Translations under genes and position numbers: made by a program
Assembly: GCA_009692465.1 (NCBI GenBank)
Contig: SHZD01000003.1
Location: 15,121 to 79,120 of the forward strand
DNA length: 64,000 bases
DNA from: Myxococcales bacterium
Lineage (GTDB): Bacteria > Myxococcota_A > UBA9042
Direction of reading: 5' to 3'
Part shown: piece after piece, positions 20,337 through 30,719 of the stretch
How positions within the stretch are numbered: position 1 is the first letter of the stretch
How the letters are laid out: each line of letters begins with the position of its first letter
Notes under the pieces: generated by a model
What the model was told of the DNA's origin: nothing
What the model saw: the letters and a program-made list of their open reading frames with translations, nothing else
Databases searched by the model: none

Positions 20337-20623
20337 GATAATCCTCCGGCGAACACAACTAAATTGAGCCAAGCGATCCGAAATTTGCAGCATGACTAGC
20401 GGCGGGTGTCGTAAGTGCGCGGTCTATCTGCGAAAAGTGCGGAGCTTTGAGCGGCAGGCAGTGCTGCGAGTAAACACCTATTGAGCAAGCAATGGGCTGG
20501 CGCACCAAGATCGGCGAGATCGGGCACCAACGCTGAGTATGCCTGTGGCAGCGTGATGGTCAACTGGCGAGTTTTGCGCGCACGATTTGGTCGGGTTATG
20601 GCGACTTGCCACGGACCCGACCG

Positions 20624-21661
20624 CTACCGACCGCGCGCGCTCGCCAAGTCAGGCACCAGATCGGCGACCATCCGGCCCAACAGCGTGGTGCGGGTGTGCG
20701 CCTGCAGCCACGCCAAGTCGACCCGCCGACCTAAGCGCCGCTGCACTACCGAGTCGTACAGATGGGCGGCATAGGCAAGCGGATCGGGCACATCGCCCAG
20801 TTCAGCGTGCGGATCGTGGGCGACGTAGTCGGCGCAGATTTCGGGCCCAAGCGGATAGAACGCGTGGGGCGGCAGGACCTCGCAGGGCAGTGCAGTGGTA
20901 GCCGGGGTTGAACGGTTGCCGGTTTGACGCTCCCACAGCCGCGGCCCCAGTTCGTACAGGCGGCTGGCTTGCTCGGCCGGCAGTTGAGCAGCAGCCGCGC
21001 ACAGCGCCTGCACCATCGGCGCCGCGATCTCCGCGCCAAACACTGCATTATTACACGATAAATGAAAATGAGCCGCGACTTTTGCAAAGCGCTGACCAGC
21101 ACCCTGCCGCAGCGCGATAGCGTGCCGCACCGCCAGCAAGGCTGCCGCTCGGGCCCAACGCAGCGGGTTTTTCGAGGCATAGAGCGCAGCCGGCAGCGCC
21201 ACGTACTCCAAGCCGACAAAGCTCGAAAAACTGAACAGCGGAGCGAAACTGCGCAGCACAATGGCATCGCTGTCTAGGTACACGCCGCCGTGAGCGCGCA
21301 CGATCCGCAACCGCCACACGTCGGCCCGGGCGGCCGGACTCGGCAGGGTGGCGCACAAGTGACGCAAGCGCAGTTCGTCCGTTTGGGTCGACGCTGCGCG
21401 GTCGAGATCCGCCAAATCATGCAGTTGCAGGCCAGCATCCCGCAACGCGTTCATACTATTGTCGATTTTTAGAACGGCCGGCTCGCACCACAGCCGCACC
21501 GAGCTAAACCCGCCGCGACGCTGAGCCGACGCGATGGCCAGCCACCCCAGATCGGGTAGCTGCGGTCCGAGCCAGACAAAATGGGCGATCGGCGGGATCA
21601 ACGGCACCGGACGAGAATCCGCGCTAGTCGGCGCTGCCGCGGTGTGATCAGGCTGGTGCAC
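20624..21661 (-). CDS. DXD-motif glycosyltransferase (GT32/OCH1-like)
   Basis: IPPIAHFVWLG, ARADVWRL, HGGVYLDSD, GP and FYP motifs. Confidence 0.8.
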   Translation of the reverse strand: MHQPDHTAAAPTSADSRPVPLIPPIAHFVWLGPQLPDLGWLAIASAQRRGGFSSVRLWCEPAVLKIDNSMNALRDAGLQLHDLADLDRAASTQTDELRLRHLCATLPSPAARADVWRLRIVRAHGGVYLDSDAIVLRSFAPLFSFSSFVGLEYVALPAALYASKNPLRWARAAALLAVRHAIALRQGAGQRFAKVAAHFHLSCNNAVFGAEIAAPMVQALCAAAAQLPAEQASRLYELGPRLWERQTGNRSTPATTALPCEVLPPHAFYPLGPEICADYVAHDPHAELGDVPDPLAYAAHLYDSVVQRRLGRRVDLAWLQAHTRTTLLGRMVADLVPDLASARGR

Positions 21662-22853
21662 TGGCTGTGGAGCGGGCGTTCAGGGCCAGATCGTACAAGT
21701 GCAGCCATTTTTGCACGCAAGCGTCCCAGTCGGCATTTTTGCGCGCCCACACTTCGCCGGCAGCGCCTAAGCGCCGACCGAGTTCAGGGTCGTCGTAGAT
21801 GCGGTTGATGGCATCGATGATGGCGCCCTGATCGCCCTTGCCGCCCAAAATGCCGCCGCGCTCGCCGCTCTTGATTACGCCGGTGTAGGCCGACAGATTC
21901 CACGCGATCACAGGCACTTGGACGGCGAACAGCTCCAAGAATGTCGAAGGCACGCCGTCGGCCTCGGGCATCGACACCGCTGCTTCCGCCATCGCGTACA
22001 GGGCCGGCAGCTGCTCGTAGGGCATGCGCGGGGCCAGCTTGACCCGATCGCGAACGCCACGCGACTTGGCTAAGCCCATGACAATATCCAAGTATTCTTC
22101 TTCGCTGGCCTTGCCGTGTTGCTTGATGACCAGTACCCCTTGCTCGGGCCACTTGCTCATTGCAAACGCCGCAACGATGCGATCAATGTGGTAATGCTTG
22201 GCAAGTTGGCGCGGACTGAGCAGAACGCGCTCGTGGGCGGCAATCCCGAGCTGCTGCCGAAGCTGCGCCGTTTCCTCCTGCACCCGATTGCGATCAAAAA
22301 TGCCGAGATCGACGCCCCAAAACACCAGTTCGCGCGGCGCCCGATTGGCACCCATCCGTGCTTCGGCCTTCTTGAGCAAGGGCACACTGTCCGCCGTCAC
22401 CGCCGCCGCTCCCTGCAAAATGCGATCGACGGACGCCTCATGGGTGGCCGAGCGATGAAAAACCTCGCGATTGAGGTCCGAACCCCACGCCGTCACCACC
22501 GCCGGCGGCGCTTGAGGCAACGTCCATAACTCGCGGTGGGGCAAGATGAAGTTGACGTGGACCAGATCGATTTTGGCTTCCTTGGCCTTGGCCAGCAACA
22601 GCTTAGTCCGCAGGGGGCCCAGCCACTGGGGCATGCTGGTCATGGCCTCGGCGGTTACGCCAAATTCATCGCACAATTGCGCAATAATCTTAGGCGCATC
22701 TAGCACAATTACCTGATGGCCGCGCTGGACCAACGCCGCACCAAGCCGGGCCTGTTGGGGCGCTGCTGGATCGCCGTCAAGCAGGACCCGCAACGAGCGG
22801 AAAGTGGGCGACTGGGGCGTATTTAGGTCTGAAGATTGCAGGGTTACGCTCAC
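21648..22853 (-). CDS. Glycosyltransferase family 4
   Basis: VTAWGSD, LSPRQL, LYAMAEAAVSMPEADGVPSTFLE and GT-B length. Confidence 0.85.
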   Translation of the reverse strand: MSVTLQSSDLNTPQSPTFRSLRVLLDGDPAAPQQARLGAALVQRGHQVIVLDAPKIIAQLCDEFGVTAEAMTSMPQWLGPLRTKLLLAKAKEAKIDLVHVNFILPHRELWTLPQAPPAVVTAWGSDLNREVFHRSATHEASVDRILQGAAAVTADSVPLLKKAEARMGANRAPRELVFWGVDLGIFDRNRVQEETAQLRQQLGIAAHERVLLSPRQLAKHYHIDRIVAAFAMSKWPEQGVLVIKQHGKASEEEYLDIVMGLAKSRGVRDRVKLAPRMPYEQLPALYAMAEAAVSMPEADGVPSTFLELFAVQVPVIAWNLSAYTGVIKSGERGGILGGKGDQGAIIDAINRIYDDPELGRRLGAAGEVWARKNADWDACVQKWLHLYDLALNARSTASAPA

Positions 22854-22930
22854 AACTCGCGGGCAGTGGGGGCCGTACGGGCGCAGATTCTATCGGGGCA
22901 ATGCGCTTGGGCGCAAGTCGGCAAAAACAC

Positions 22931-22951
22931 GGTGGTACCCATTGAACAACA
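22931..22951 (-). repeat. Single copy of motif A
   Basis: Reverse complement TGTTGTTCAATGGGTACCACC in the divergent GT4/amidase intergenic region. Confidence 0.55.
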
Positions 22952-23061
22952 GGCTAGTATTATGCATGTTTTTGCCGACGCGCCGCCGTTTTTGCAGTCG
23001 AGCTTGGCCGTCGCGCCCGGCGGGTTGAGGAATTCTGGCGCCCGCCCTACCCTGCGCGACT

Positions 23062-24621
23062 ATGGAATTGTACACCTGCTCAGCCACCCAATTGCAGCAC
23101 TTGCTGGCCACCGGCCAAACAAGTTCTGTCGAAATTGTCCAAGCTCTGATCGCTCGGCGCGCCGCTGTCGATGATCGCATCGGCGCCTTCGTGGTGACCA
23201 TGGATAGTGCTGCGCTCGAAAAAGCCGGACTCTGCGACGCCGAGCGCAAAGCGGGCACGGCAACCGGCGCTTTGCACGGTTTGCCACTCACAATCAAGGA
23301 AAACATCGACATCGCCGGCCACGACTCGACCATGGGGCTGCGCCACCGTCAGGGCCGGCCAGCGACCACGGATGCGGTTACAGTGCAGCAAATCAAAGCC
23401 GCCAACGCAGTGCTCTTGGGCAAGACCAATGTGCCACAGTTGCTGCTGGCTCAGGAGAGCGAAAACATTATATGGGGAATCACCCGTAATCCTTGGAATT
23501 TAAAGCGCTCTCCCGGCGGATCTTCGGGCGGCGAAGCGGCAGCGATTGCTTCGGGTCAATCACCGATGGGCATTGGCACCGATATCGGCGGTTCGATTCG
23601 CATTCCGTGCCATTTCTGCGGCATCGCGGGGCTCAAGCCAACTGTAGATCGGTGGAGCAACCGCGGCTCGCAAACGGGCATCGCCGGTCAAGAACTGGTG
23701 CGGGCCCAAATGGGGCCGATGGCGCGCAAAGTCGCCGATTTGGCGCTACTGATGCGAGCGGTCGATCCGCAGGCCGCAAGTCGCTGCGATCCGGCGGTGC
23801 CGCCGCTGCCCGCGCCCGAGCTGAATCAAGTAGATCTCAAGGGTTTGCGGGTGGGTATCTGCGAGGATGACGGCTTTTTGCCGGCCAACCCGGCGATTGT
23901 GCGGGCGGTGCGCCAAGCCAAGGCGGCGCTGCAAGCTGCGGGTGCCACGGCAGTCGACTTTTGTCCGCCGGCCCCCGAGCTGCTGTATGTGTGGCTGGCG
24001 GGCATTTCAAGCGACGGCGGGGCGACGTTGCGCGCCAGTCTGGGTAGCGATCCGGTGGTGCGCCAACTGACCACCACCATGAAAATTGCCCAATTACCTG
24101 GTTTTGCCCGCGCAATGCTAGCGAAGTTCATGCGGGCAAAGCGCGACGACCGCATGGCCAAGTTGCTCGACGCCTTGGGCGAGAAATCGGTGGCTACCTA
24201 CTGGCAACTCACGGATCGGCGGACCCAATTGCGGCGGGCCGAGTTTGACGCCTGGAACGCCGCCGGTCTGGACGCGGTGGTCTGTCCGCCGCACGCGCTG
24301 CCTGCGATGCCGCTCGGGACTTCGGGTGACCTAACGCTGTCGCTGAGCTATGCGTTTCGCTACGTGATGCTCAATTTTCCGGCGGGCGTGGTGCCGGTGA
24401 CCCGGGTCAAAGAGGGCGAAGCGGTGCGCCTTTTTCCGCGCGATCGCCTAGAAATCGCCTGCGCCAGCGCTGAACAGGAAAGTGAAGGCTTGCCGGTCGG
24501 CGTGCAAGTCGCGGCGCGACCGTACCGCGAAGATGTAGTGTTGGCGGTGATGCAGGCGATTGAAACCGGCGTGCAGGACCACCTGCTGTATCCGTGTGGG
24601 CCGGTGGAACCTTTAGGCTAA
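23062..24621 (+). CDS. Amidase-signature family protein (FAAH-like)
   Basis: LHGLPLTIKE (Lys), GKTNVPQ, PGGSSGGE, GTDIGGSIRIP and GLPVGVQV. Confidence 0.92.
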   Translation: MELYTCSATQLQHLLATGQTSSVEIVQALIARRAAVDDRIGAFVVTMDSAALEKAGLCDAERKAGTATGALHGLPLTIKENIDIAGHDSTMGLRHRQGRPATTDAVTVQQIKAANAVLLGKTNVPQLLLAQESENIIWGITRNPWNLKRSPGGSSGGEAAAIASGQSPMGIGTDIGGSIRIPCHFCGIAGLKPTVDRWSNRGSQTGIAGQELVRAQMGPMARKVADLALLMRAVDPQAASRCDPAVPPLPAPELNQVDLKGLRVGICEDDGFLPANPAIVRAVRQAKAALQAAGATAVDFCPPAPELLYVWLAGISSDGGATLRASLGSDPVVRQLTTTMKIAQLPGFARAMLAKFMRAKRDDRMAKLLDALGEKSVATYWQLTDRRTQLRRAEFDAWNAAGLDAVVCPPHALPAMPLGTSGDLTLSLSYAFRYVMLNFPAGVVPVTRVKEGEAVRLFPRDRLEIACASAEQESEGLPVGVQVAARPYREDVVLAVMQAIETGVQDHLLYPCGPVEPLG

Positions 24622-24732
24622 CGCTACCGCAGATTCGATGGTGAATTTGGGCAAACCGGCTGCGACGGTGCTTCGCTGCCCAGCGTGGACATGCGTAACC
24701 CGCGCTCAACGGTCTACAGACCTGACCAATTA

Positions 24733-24870
24733 GAGCCCTGTCGGATGGAATTCCCCAACAAAACCGGAGCGGCGTGACGCCAACCCGCAGGCCATTGACC
24801 AAGTGCCGCACGCTCGCGACCGACGAAACAAGCACCGACACGCCGAGCAAATGCCATTCGTTCGGCTCTC
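24733..24870. mobile_element. MITE-like repeat, family B
   Basis: GGAGCGGCGTGACGCC...CGCGACCGACGAAACAAGCA...ACGCCGAGCAAAT...CGGCTCTC, flanked by TTA and TAG. Confidence 0.65.
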
Positions 24871-24873
24871 TAG

Positions 24874-24998
24874 CTAGAAACTTGGGGGCGCGCCGCCCCC
24901 AAACCCCCGCGGTGGTCCGCAGCTGCGGCCCACATTTCACATGCCGCTCAAGGAGTTTCATGCATCGTGGCTGCCGATTTGGCGGCATCCGGAACTCT
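24874..24998 (-). repeat. ~125-bp repeat, family E
   Basis: Near-identical inverted copy of 30720-30843. Abuts the TAG of the Cys-rich gene. Confidence 0.85.
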
Positions 24999-26921
24999 CT
25001 AGATTGGCCCCTTGCCGCACGAACCGCCCGGCTTGCCGGTCAAACAGCCCGCCAACCCGCTGCACGTAATCCCGCCAAAGCACATAGGATCTGGCTTAGG
25101 ACTGAGATTGGCCAACAAGCAACTCATAGGATCGCCGGCCGGTCCACCGCCGCCGCCGCCGGACTGTTTGCAACAAGTCGTCGGCAGGCCGGGCAATGGC
25201 AGCGGCGATTGGCAGTCTTTGCTTTGCGGGTCCTTGCTACAGTCACAGTTGGCGATCGTCGGCACTAGGGCTTTGAGTAGGTCGCACGCCTTGTCGTACT
25301 CCCAGCCATTGCCGCCGCCGCTGCTGCTGCCGCCGCCGGTGCCACACGTACACTGCATGGCATTGGCGGCCGGTGGTCCGCCGCCGCTGGGCAAGCCGGG
25401 AGGAAGGCCGCCGCCGCCGAACAGGTCCGACGCCAACTCGCAATTGGAGCCGACCGCCGCGTTGCAAAACGCCACGATATTGTCGCACTTGCCGGCGGTG
25501 TCAAAGCACAAGCCAGTCTTGGTGTCGCATTGCAGGCTAAAGGTGTTGTTGGGATCGTTTTTGCAGTCTCCATCGGCCTTGCAGGTGCCGTTCTTGGGCC
25601 CGATGCCGCCGGTGCTGCCACTCGAACCGGCGCAGGTATACGACTTGGGCGAGCAGGTGCCCTTGCTTTTCTTGGCGCAGTCATCGTCGATGGTGCATTC
25701 CACGCAACTCCAGGTGCCGTTTTGCTCGACGCAGCCGGGGTAATCGCCGCCGCACACTGAGCATTCGTTGCTCGACGACGACTTCTCGCAGATGTTGCTT
25801 TGCAAGTTGCACTTGGGGCCGCCGGTGCTGCCGGTGCAATGGGTGTCGTTGGTGCACTCGACGCACTCGCCGGTGTCTTTCTTCTTGATCTTGTTGGCCG
25901 GTTTGTTGGCGGGCGGGCAAGTGGCGGCCGTCACGCAGGTGTAGCTGTTCAAGTTACAGGTGCCGTTGTTGGGGCAATCGGCATTCTTGCTGCATTCTTG
26001 GCAGACCCCGGCAATGCACTTGCCCTTGCAACTGGCGCAGGCGCTGGTGCAGTTGGGCCCGTAGCAGCACTTGGTGGCGGCAAACGCACAGGCCTTGGTG
26101 GCTTCGCTGACGTACGACACGCAAGTCGAATTATCGGGGCAGGCTTGGCCGCCGCTGCAGTCGGGCGAGCACACCTTTTCGCTGCCGAATTTGACGCAGC
26201 GCAGGCCGTTGTCGCAATCCTTGTCCTGCAGGCACGATTCGCACGTCTTCTTGCTGGCCAAGCACGCCGGTGGATTAGTCTTGAAGTTGCACTTTTCGCC
26301 GTTGGGGCAGCCGGTGGTGGCGCAGCCTTTGCAATCGTAGCTGTTGAGCACGCAGTACTTTTGGTCGCCGGCCGACGCTTTGTCGCAGATGTAGCCGGGG
26401 GTGCAATCGGCGACCGACGCGCATTTCTTGGCGCAAAAGGTGCCGCTGAGCAAGTTGACGCACGAAAAATCGGCGCTGCACTCGTTGCCGGTCGGGGTAC
26501 ACACCTTGCATGAGTTGTCGGGCCCGCTTGTGCTGCCGGTGTCGGCTTTGACCGCGGTGTCGTTGACCGTCGCCGCGTCCAAGTTGGTGCCGTTGTCAGT
26601 CGCCGCAACGCCATCCGCGCCAACCGTCCCGGTATCGCCACCATCGGCGTTCGAGCCGGCGTCGCCGCCGCTGCCGTCCTTGGTGGTGCCGGCAAATTTG
26701 GCCACGCATTGCTTCTTGACGGTGTCGCAGGTAAAACCCAGCTCGCAATCGCCTTGGGTTACGCAGCTTTGCGCGCCGGCTGCTGTGCCACCGGTGCCGC
26801 TGGGCGTGTCGCTAGCACTGCATGCGGACAGGGCCGATGCCGCGAAAACAGCCAAGCTGAGCGCCAAGAACTGGCGGTCCGGCGAACAATTGGTCCAAAG
26901 GGCGCGTAGCGACGAGATCAT
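24999..26921 (-). CDS. Cys-rich lipoprotein of unknown function
   Basis: Lipobox LSAC, Gly/Asp/Thr-rich linker and many C-x-x-D-x-x-C modules. Start MISSLR (ATG 26921). Confidence 0.8.
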   Translation of the reverse strand: MISSLRALWTNCSPDRQFLALSLAVFAASALSACSASDTPSGTGGTAAGAQSCVTQGDCELGFTCDTVKKQCVAKFAGTTKDGSGGDAGSNADGGDTGTVGADGVAATDNGTNLDAATVNDTAVKADTGSTSGPDNSCKVCTPTGNECSADFSCVNLLSGTFCAKKCASVADCTPGYICDKASAGDQKYCVLNSYDCKGCATTGCPNGEKCNFKTNPPACLASKKTCESCLQDKDCDNGLRCVKFGSEKVCSPDCSGGQACPDNSTCVSYVSEATKACAFAATKCCYGPNCTSACASCKGKCIAGVCQECSKNADCPNNGTCNLNSYTCVTAATCPPANKPANKIKKKDTGECVECTNDTHCTGSTGGPKCNLQSNICEKSSSSNECSVCGGDYPGCVEQNGTWSCVECTIDDDCAKKSKGTCSPKSYTCAGSSGSTGGIGPKNGTCKADGDCKNDPNNTFSLQCDTKTGLCFDTAGKCDNIVAFCNAAVGSNCELASDLFGGGGLPPGLPSGGGPPAANAMQCTCGTGGGSSSGGGNGWEYDKACDLLKALVPTIANCDCSKDPQSKDCQSPLPLPGLPTTCCKQSGGGGGGPAGDPMSCLLANLSPKPDPMCFGGITCSGLAGCLTGKPGGSCGKGPI

Positions 26922-27069
26922 GGCACACTCCAAGGTCAACGCCCCCAAAAGGCGCCCCAGTACTGTAAGCAATCTAGGGCAATACCCGCAACTGCACAAT
27001 TGCGCACTGGGGTCAGGTGTTCCATTGCGCCTGTTGGTCGCTGAACGCAGGTGCGCTACGGTAGGCGCG

Positions 27070-28161
27070 ATGTCGGCGCCAGATGCCATTGTTGCGGCCA
27101 ATTGCTTTGCAGTCTTGCGCGGTGCCGTTGCGAACGTTCGCACTTGGCTCGATCGCCATCAGCCCGCTGGGGTGATCGCGGTGCGCGGGGTGACGCTGGC
27201 GCACTGGGGGGCGCACTGCGGGGCGCATGAATGCGCCGATGGGCGCTCTGTCGGCTGTTTCGACGGCGTGCTGTTGAACGCCGATGTGATTCGAGCCGGC
27301 CTCGTCGAGCGCGGTCACTCGGCCCACCACTGGACCCATGCAGCGCTGGCGATCGAAACGGTGGCGGCCCACGGCCCCAACGGCGTTGGCCTGTTGCGCT
27401 GGCACGGCGCGCTGGCGGTGCTGCATCGTGCGCAGGCGGCGGTGCTGGTGGCGCGCGATCTGGTCGGGGTGGGCTGGCTGGGCTGGACCGAACTGGACGA
27501 CGGTGCCGAGCTGGTGTGTAGCGATCCGCGCCGCGATGGGCCGACGGTGACCGCGGTGCCACCGGGGGCGATAGCCGTGGTGGACGCCAGCGTAACGACT
27601 CAGCCTAAATTCACGATCCTGCCGCACAATCAGGCTTTTTTGCGACAAATTCCGGACCAAATCCGATCGATGGACGCCCAGCAGGCGGCGTCCCATGTCG
27701 CCGAGCTGTTGCAGCACAGCCTAGTGGCCCATGGACAGGCGTTTGGCGACATCGACACCAGCGCGGTGGCTGACCATCGATGGCTGACCCAGTATGCCGG
27801 CGAGTGGCTCAGTGCTGCGCGCTCACCAGCGCCGCCACCTGCGGTATGGACGCCCGTCGGTCTGCACGACACCACAGGTGCGCAAGATGCTAAGATTTGC
27901 AAACGCCAGCCGAATTTGCGCGATGATGGTCCGTGGGAGCCGCTGGTAGGCACCTGCCCAAGTGATCGGCGCGAACGCTTGTGGCGCCACCAGATCATGC
28001 CCGACGGTGTACTGCGTCAGGCCCGGGTACAGGCGCTGCAGACGGGAGCGGCACTGTGCGCCCCGCATCTGGATCCGGCGCTGCTGGCACTGCTAGGTGC
28101 CCTTGAGCCCTCCATTCGGCCACCGCTGTTGGGTGTGCCTGCGCCTGCGGTTGACAGCTAG
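27070..28161 (+). CDS. Degenerate asparagine-synthetase-B-like protein
   Basis: FDGVLLN...LVERGH, VARDLVGV and APHLDPALL echo the AsnB motifs FNGEIYN...L..RGH, LARDRxGxKP and PFLDxxL. No N-terminal Cys and no SGGLDS motif. Confidence 0.5.
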   Translation: MSAPDAIVAANCFAVLRGAVANVRTWLDRHQPAGVIAVRGVTLAHWGAHCGAHECADGRSVGCFDGVLLNADVIRAGLVERGHSAHHWTHAALAIETVAAHGPNGVGLLRWHGALAVLHRAQAAVLVARDLVGVGWLGWTELDDGAELVCSDPRRDGPTVTAVPPGAIAVVDASVTTQPKFTILPHNQAFLRQIPDQIRSMDAQQAASHVAELLQHSLVAHGQAFGDIDTSAVADHRWLTQYAGEWLSAARSPAPPPAVWTPVGLHDTTGAQDAKICKRQPNLRDDGPWEPLVGTCPSDRRERLWRHQIMPDGVLRQARVQALQTGAALCAPHLDPALLALLGALEPSIRPPLLGVPAPAVDS

Positions 28162-28246
28162 ACCGCGCTGGTATCGTATGCGCAGCGGTTTGCGGCACCC
28201 GACGCAAGCTAAGTACGCCAAACCGCTCTTGCGACTGCCTGCCTAA

Positions 28247-28442
28247 GGGCCGGTGCAAAATCAGGTCGATTTTGCACTTTGGCCCACTGCTTGCTTGGTT
28301 GGCCCACTGCTTGCTTGGTTGGCCCACTGCTTGCTTGGTTGGCCCACTGCTTGCTTGGTTGGCCCGCTAACTCGCGGCTTTGCAAGCCGCCTGCACGCCC
28401 CGTTCCTATCGCGGATCGATCGAGTAATTCTTACACAGGCCC
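28247..28442 (+). mobile_element. Family C MITE expanded by an internal 20-bp tandem repeat
   Basis: TAA/TAA flanks, TIR GGGCCGGTGCAAAA, and GGCCCACTGCTTGCTTGGTT x4 at 28281-28360. Confidence 0.85.
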
Positions 28443-28481
28443 TAATTCGTGCCCGTCGCCTGCCCGCTTGAGGACCGCACT

Positions 28482-30719
28482 ATGTCCCATCCCGCCGATT
28501 GGCCCGCCGCCGGTGCCATCGACCTCGGCATTCACGACTTGCCACATGCGTCATCGTCCACCGAATGGTGGTACGTCAACGGCCATTTCACCACGGCAAC
28601 CGAGCGCAAACTCAGCATTTTCGCGGCGTTTTTTCGAGTTATCAAGGGGCGAGACCCGGTCACCGGTGAATTGCTGTACGCCCACTCGGTGACGTGGGCG
28701 TTGAGCGACCCGGCTGGTGGCCACTATTGGCACGAATCGCGGGTCGATAAGGACGCGCCGGCCATGGGCATCGCCCGCATCGATCGCGGTGAAGGCGTTC
28801 GCGACGCGCGCTTGCGCCGGGCGATGAAAGAAGTGCTGGTCAAGGGTAAAGTGCCGTATCCAGACCAGATTTTTGGCGGCGATGTCTACGTGGACAAGCG
28901 CCAATTGGATCTGGACTTCGATGGCCTGCGCTTTTGGAAGGACGACGCAGGAGCCTACCACCTGCATTTGCGCAACAACCACGTCGCGGTCGGCGCGGAC
29001 TTGGTGTTGGTGCCGCGCAAACCGGCGGTGCGCCACGGCCAAGACGGTGTAGTGAAAGGTGTTTCAGGCGAGGACATGTTCTACTACTTTTTGCCGCGCT
29101 GCGATCTGGCAGGCGAGGTGCTGCTGCCCGGCGGAGTCGAAGCGCTCAGCCAAGGCAGCGGTTGGTACGACCACGAGTTCGGCCTGCACGAAGGCAAGAC
29201 CACCAGTATGGGCGACCGCAAAAACGGTCAAGAAATTGGTTGGAATTGGCTGGGCATTCAGCTTGACGACGGCCGCGAACTGTCCGCGTATCGGATGGTC
29301 GACGAACACACGGGTGAATCGGTGGGACAGTTGGCAGTGCTGGTCGATAGCGACGGCAATCGCCAAGCGTGGCCAGACTTTACCCTGATCGGCGACCAAG
29401 TGTGGACCAGCACCCGTACCTTTGCCGACTATCCGACGCGCTGGCGCGTGCATGTGCCGCAGGCGGGCATCGACATTGTCGCCACCGCCACGTTGAACGA
29501 TCAGGAATTCATCACCGTCATCAGTAAGCCTGCGTTTTGGGAAGGTCGGTGCGCCGCCCAAGGGACGATCGACGGCGCCGCCGTGACGGGTTTGGCCTAC
29601 TTGGAGCACAGCGGGCAGTTGACGATTGCCGATCTCGACGGCTTTTTTTCGGCGGTTGGCCGCCAAGTACTCAAAAGCGTGGACAAACTGGCCCCTCACG
29701 AGCCTAGTTGGGAGCAGGTGCGCGACCTAGTGGCCAGTCCGCAGCGGCCGCAGTACATGCAGGGCGTGGATGTCGACCAGTTTACCCGCACCATGATCAA
29801 GCCGGTGCGCGAAATCGTCGATCGCGGCGGCAAGTCGTGGCGGTCGTACGCGGCGTTGGCGTGTTGCGATATTGTCGGCGGCGATTCGCGGTTGTATGTG
29901 CAGTGGTTGGCGATGCCGGAGCTGATGCACGTCGGCTCGCTGATCGTCGACGATGTGCAGGACAAATCGACTATTCGGCGCGGCGGGCCGACCGCCCATC
30001 TGGTATACGGCGAGGCGCTGGCAATTAATGCGGGCACTGCGTGTTACTTCATGGGCCAAAAGCTGTTGACTGGGCGGCACATGTCAGCCGCGAACAAATT
30101 GCGCTTGTATGACCTGTACTTTGAGAGTTTGCGTGCGGGCCATGCCGGTCAGGCGCTCGACTTGGACGGTCTGGACGCCCAAATGCCGGCGGTGGTGCAG
30201 AGCGGCGGCGGTGACTGGCTGGAGGAGCGCGTGTTGGCCGTGCATCGACTTAAAACCGCAGTGCCCGCAGCGAGTTTAGCGCGAATGGGCGCAGTAGTCG
30301 GCGGCGGCACCGAGGCCCAGATCGAGGGCGTCGGATTGTTTTTCGAGTCGGTCGGCTTGGCCTTTCAGATTATCGATGATGTGCTCAATCTGCGTGGTTT
30401 TAAAGGCGATCTCAAGGCCCGCGGCGAAGACATTGCCCACGGCAAAGTGACCTTGCCGGTGGCAAAAGCGATGGCCCGGCTGGAGCAAAGCGACCGCGCT
30501 TGGTTATGGCAGTGCGTGGCGCAAAAAAGTGATGACCAAAGCCAGATCGACGCCGTCATCGCCAAACTCGAAGCCTGCGGTGCGATTGACGCCTGTGCGC
30601 AGCAAGCGCGCGATTTGGTAGAAAGTGCGTGGCAGACCCTCGATCCACTGGTGGAGGATTCGCTGCCCAAGGTCATGCTGCGGGCGTTTGGTTGGTATGT
30701 GCTCGAGCGCCATTATTGA
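28482..30719 (+). CDS. Fusion: CrtC/AttH lipocalin-like domain plus polyprenyl (GGPP-type) synthase
   Basis: N-half has EWWY, WYDHEF, GWNWLGIQLDDG, YPTRW and FWEG. C-half has RGGKSWR, DDVQD...RRG, GQALDL, KTA, FQIIDDVLN and EDIAHGKVT. ATG 28482 with GAGG RBS. Confidence 0.88.
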   Translation: MSHPADWPAAGAIDLGIHDLPHASSSTEWWYVNGHFTTATERKLSIFAAFFRVIKGRDPVTGELLYAHSVTWALSDPAGGHYWHESRVDKDAPAMGIARIDRGEGVRDARLRRAMKEVLVKGKVPYPDQIFGGDVYVDKRQLDLDFDGLRFWKDDAGAYHLHLRNNHVAVGADLVLVPRKPAVRHGQDGVVKGVSGEDMFYYFLPRCDLAGEVLLPGGVEALSQGSGWYDHEFGLHEGKTTSMGDRKNGQEIGWNWLGIQLDDGRELSAYRMVDEHTGESVGQLAVLVDSDGNRQAWPDFTLIGDQVWTSTRTFADYPTRWRVHVPQAGIDIVATATLNDQEFITVISKPAFWEGRCAAQGTIDGAAVTGLAYLEHSGQLTIADLDGFFSAVGRQVLKSVDKLAPHEPSWEQVRDLVASPQRPQYMQGVDVDQFTRTMIKPVREIVDRGGKSWRSYAALACCDIVGGDSRLYVQWLAMPELMHVGSLIVDDVQDKSTIRRGGPTAHLVYGEALAINAGTACYFMGQKLLTGRHMSAANKLRLYDLYFESLRAGHAGQALDLDGLDAQMPAVVQSGGGDWLEERVLAVHRLKTAVPAASLARMGAVVGGGTEAQIEGVGLFFESVGLAFQIIDDVLNLRGFKGDLKARGEDIAHGKVTLPVAKAMARLEQSDRAWLWQCVAQKSDDQSQIDAVIAKLEACGAIDACAQQARDLVESAWQTLDPLVEDSLPKVMLRAFGWYVLERHY

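Noticed and set aside
26401-27069. 5' part of the 586-aa ORF
   Set aside because: Antisense to the Cys-rich lipoprotein. The plausible gene begins near 27070.
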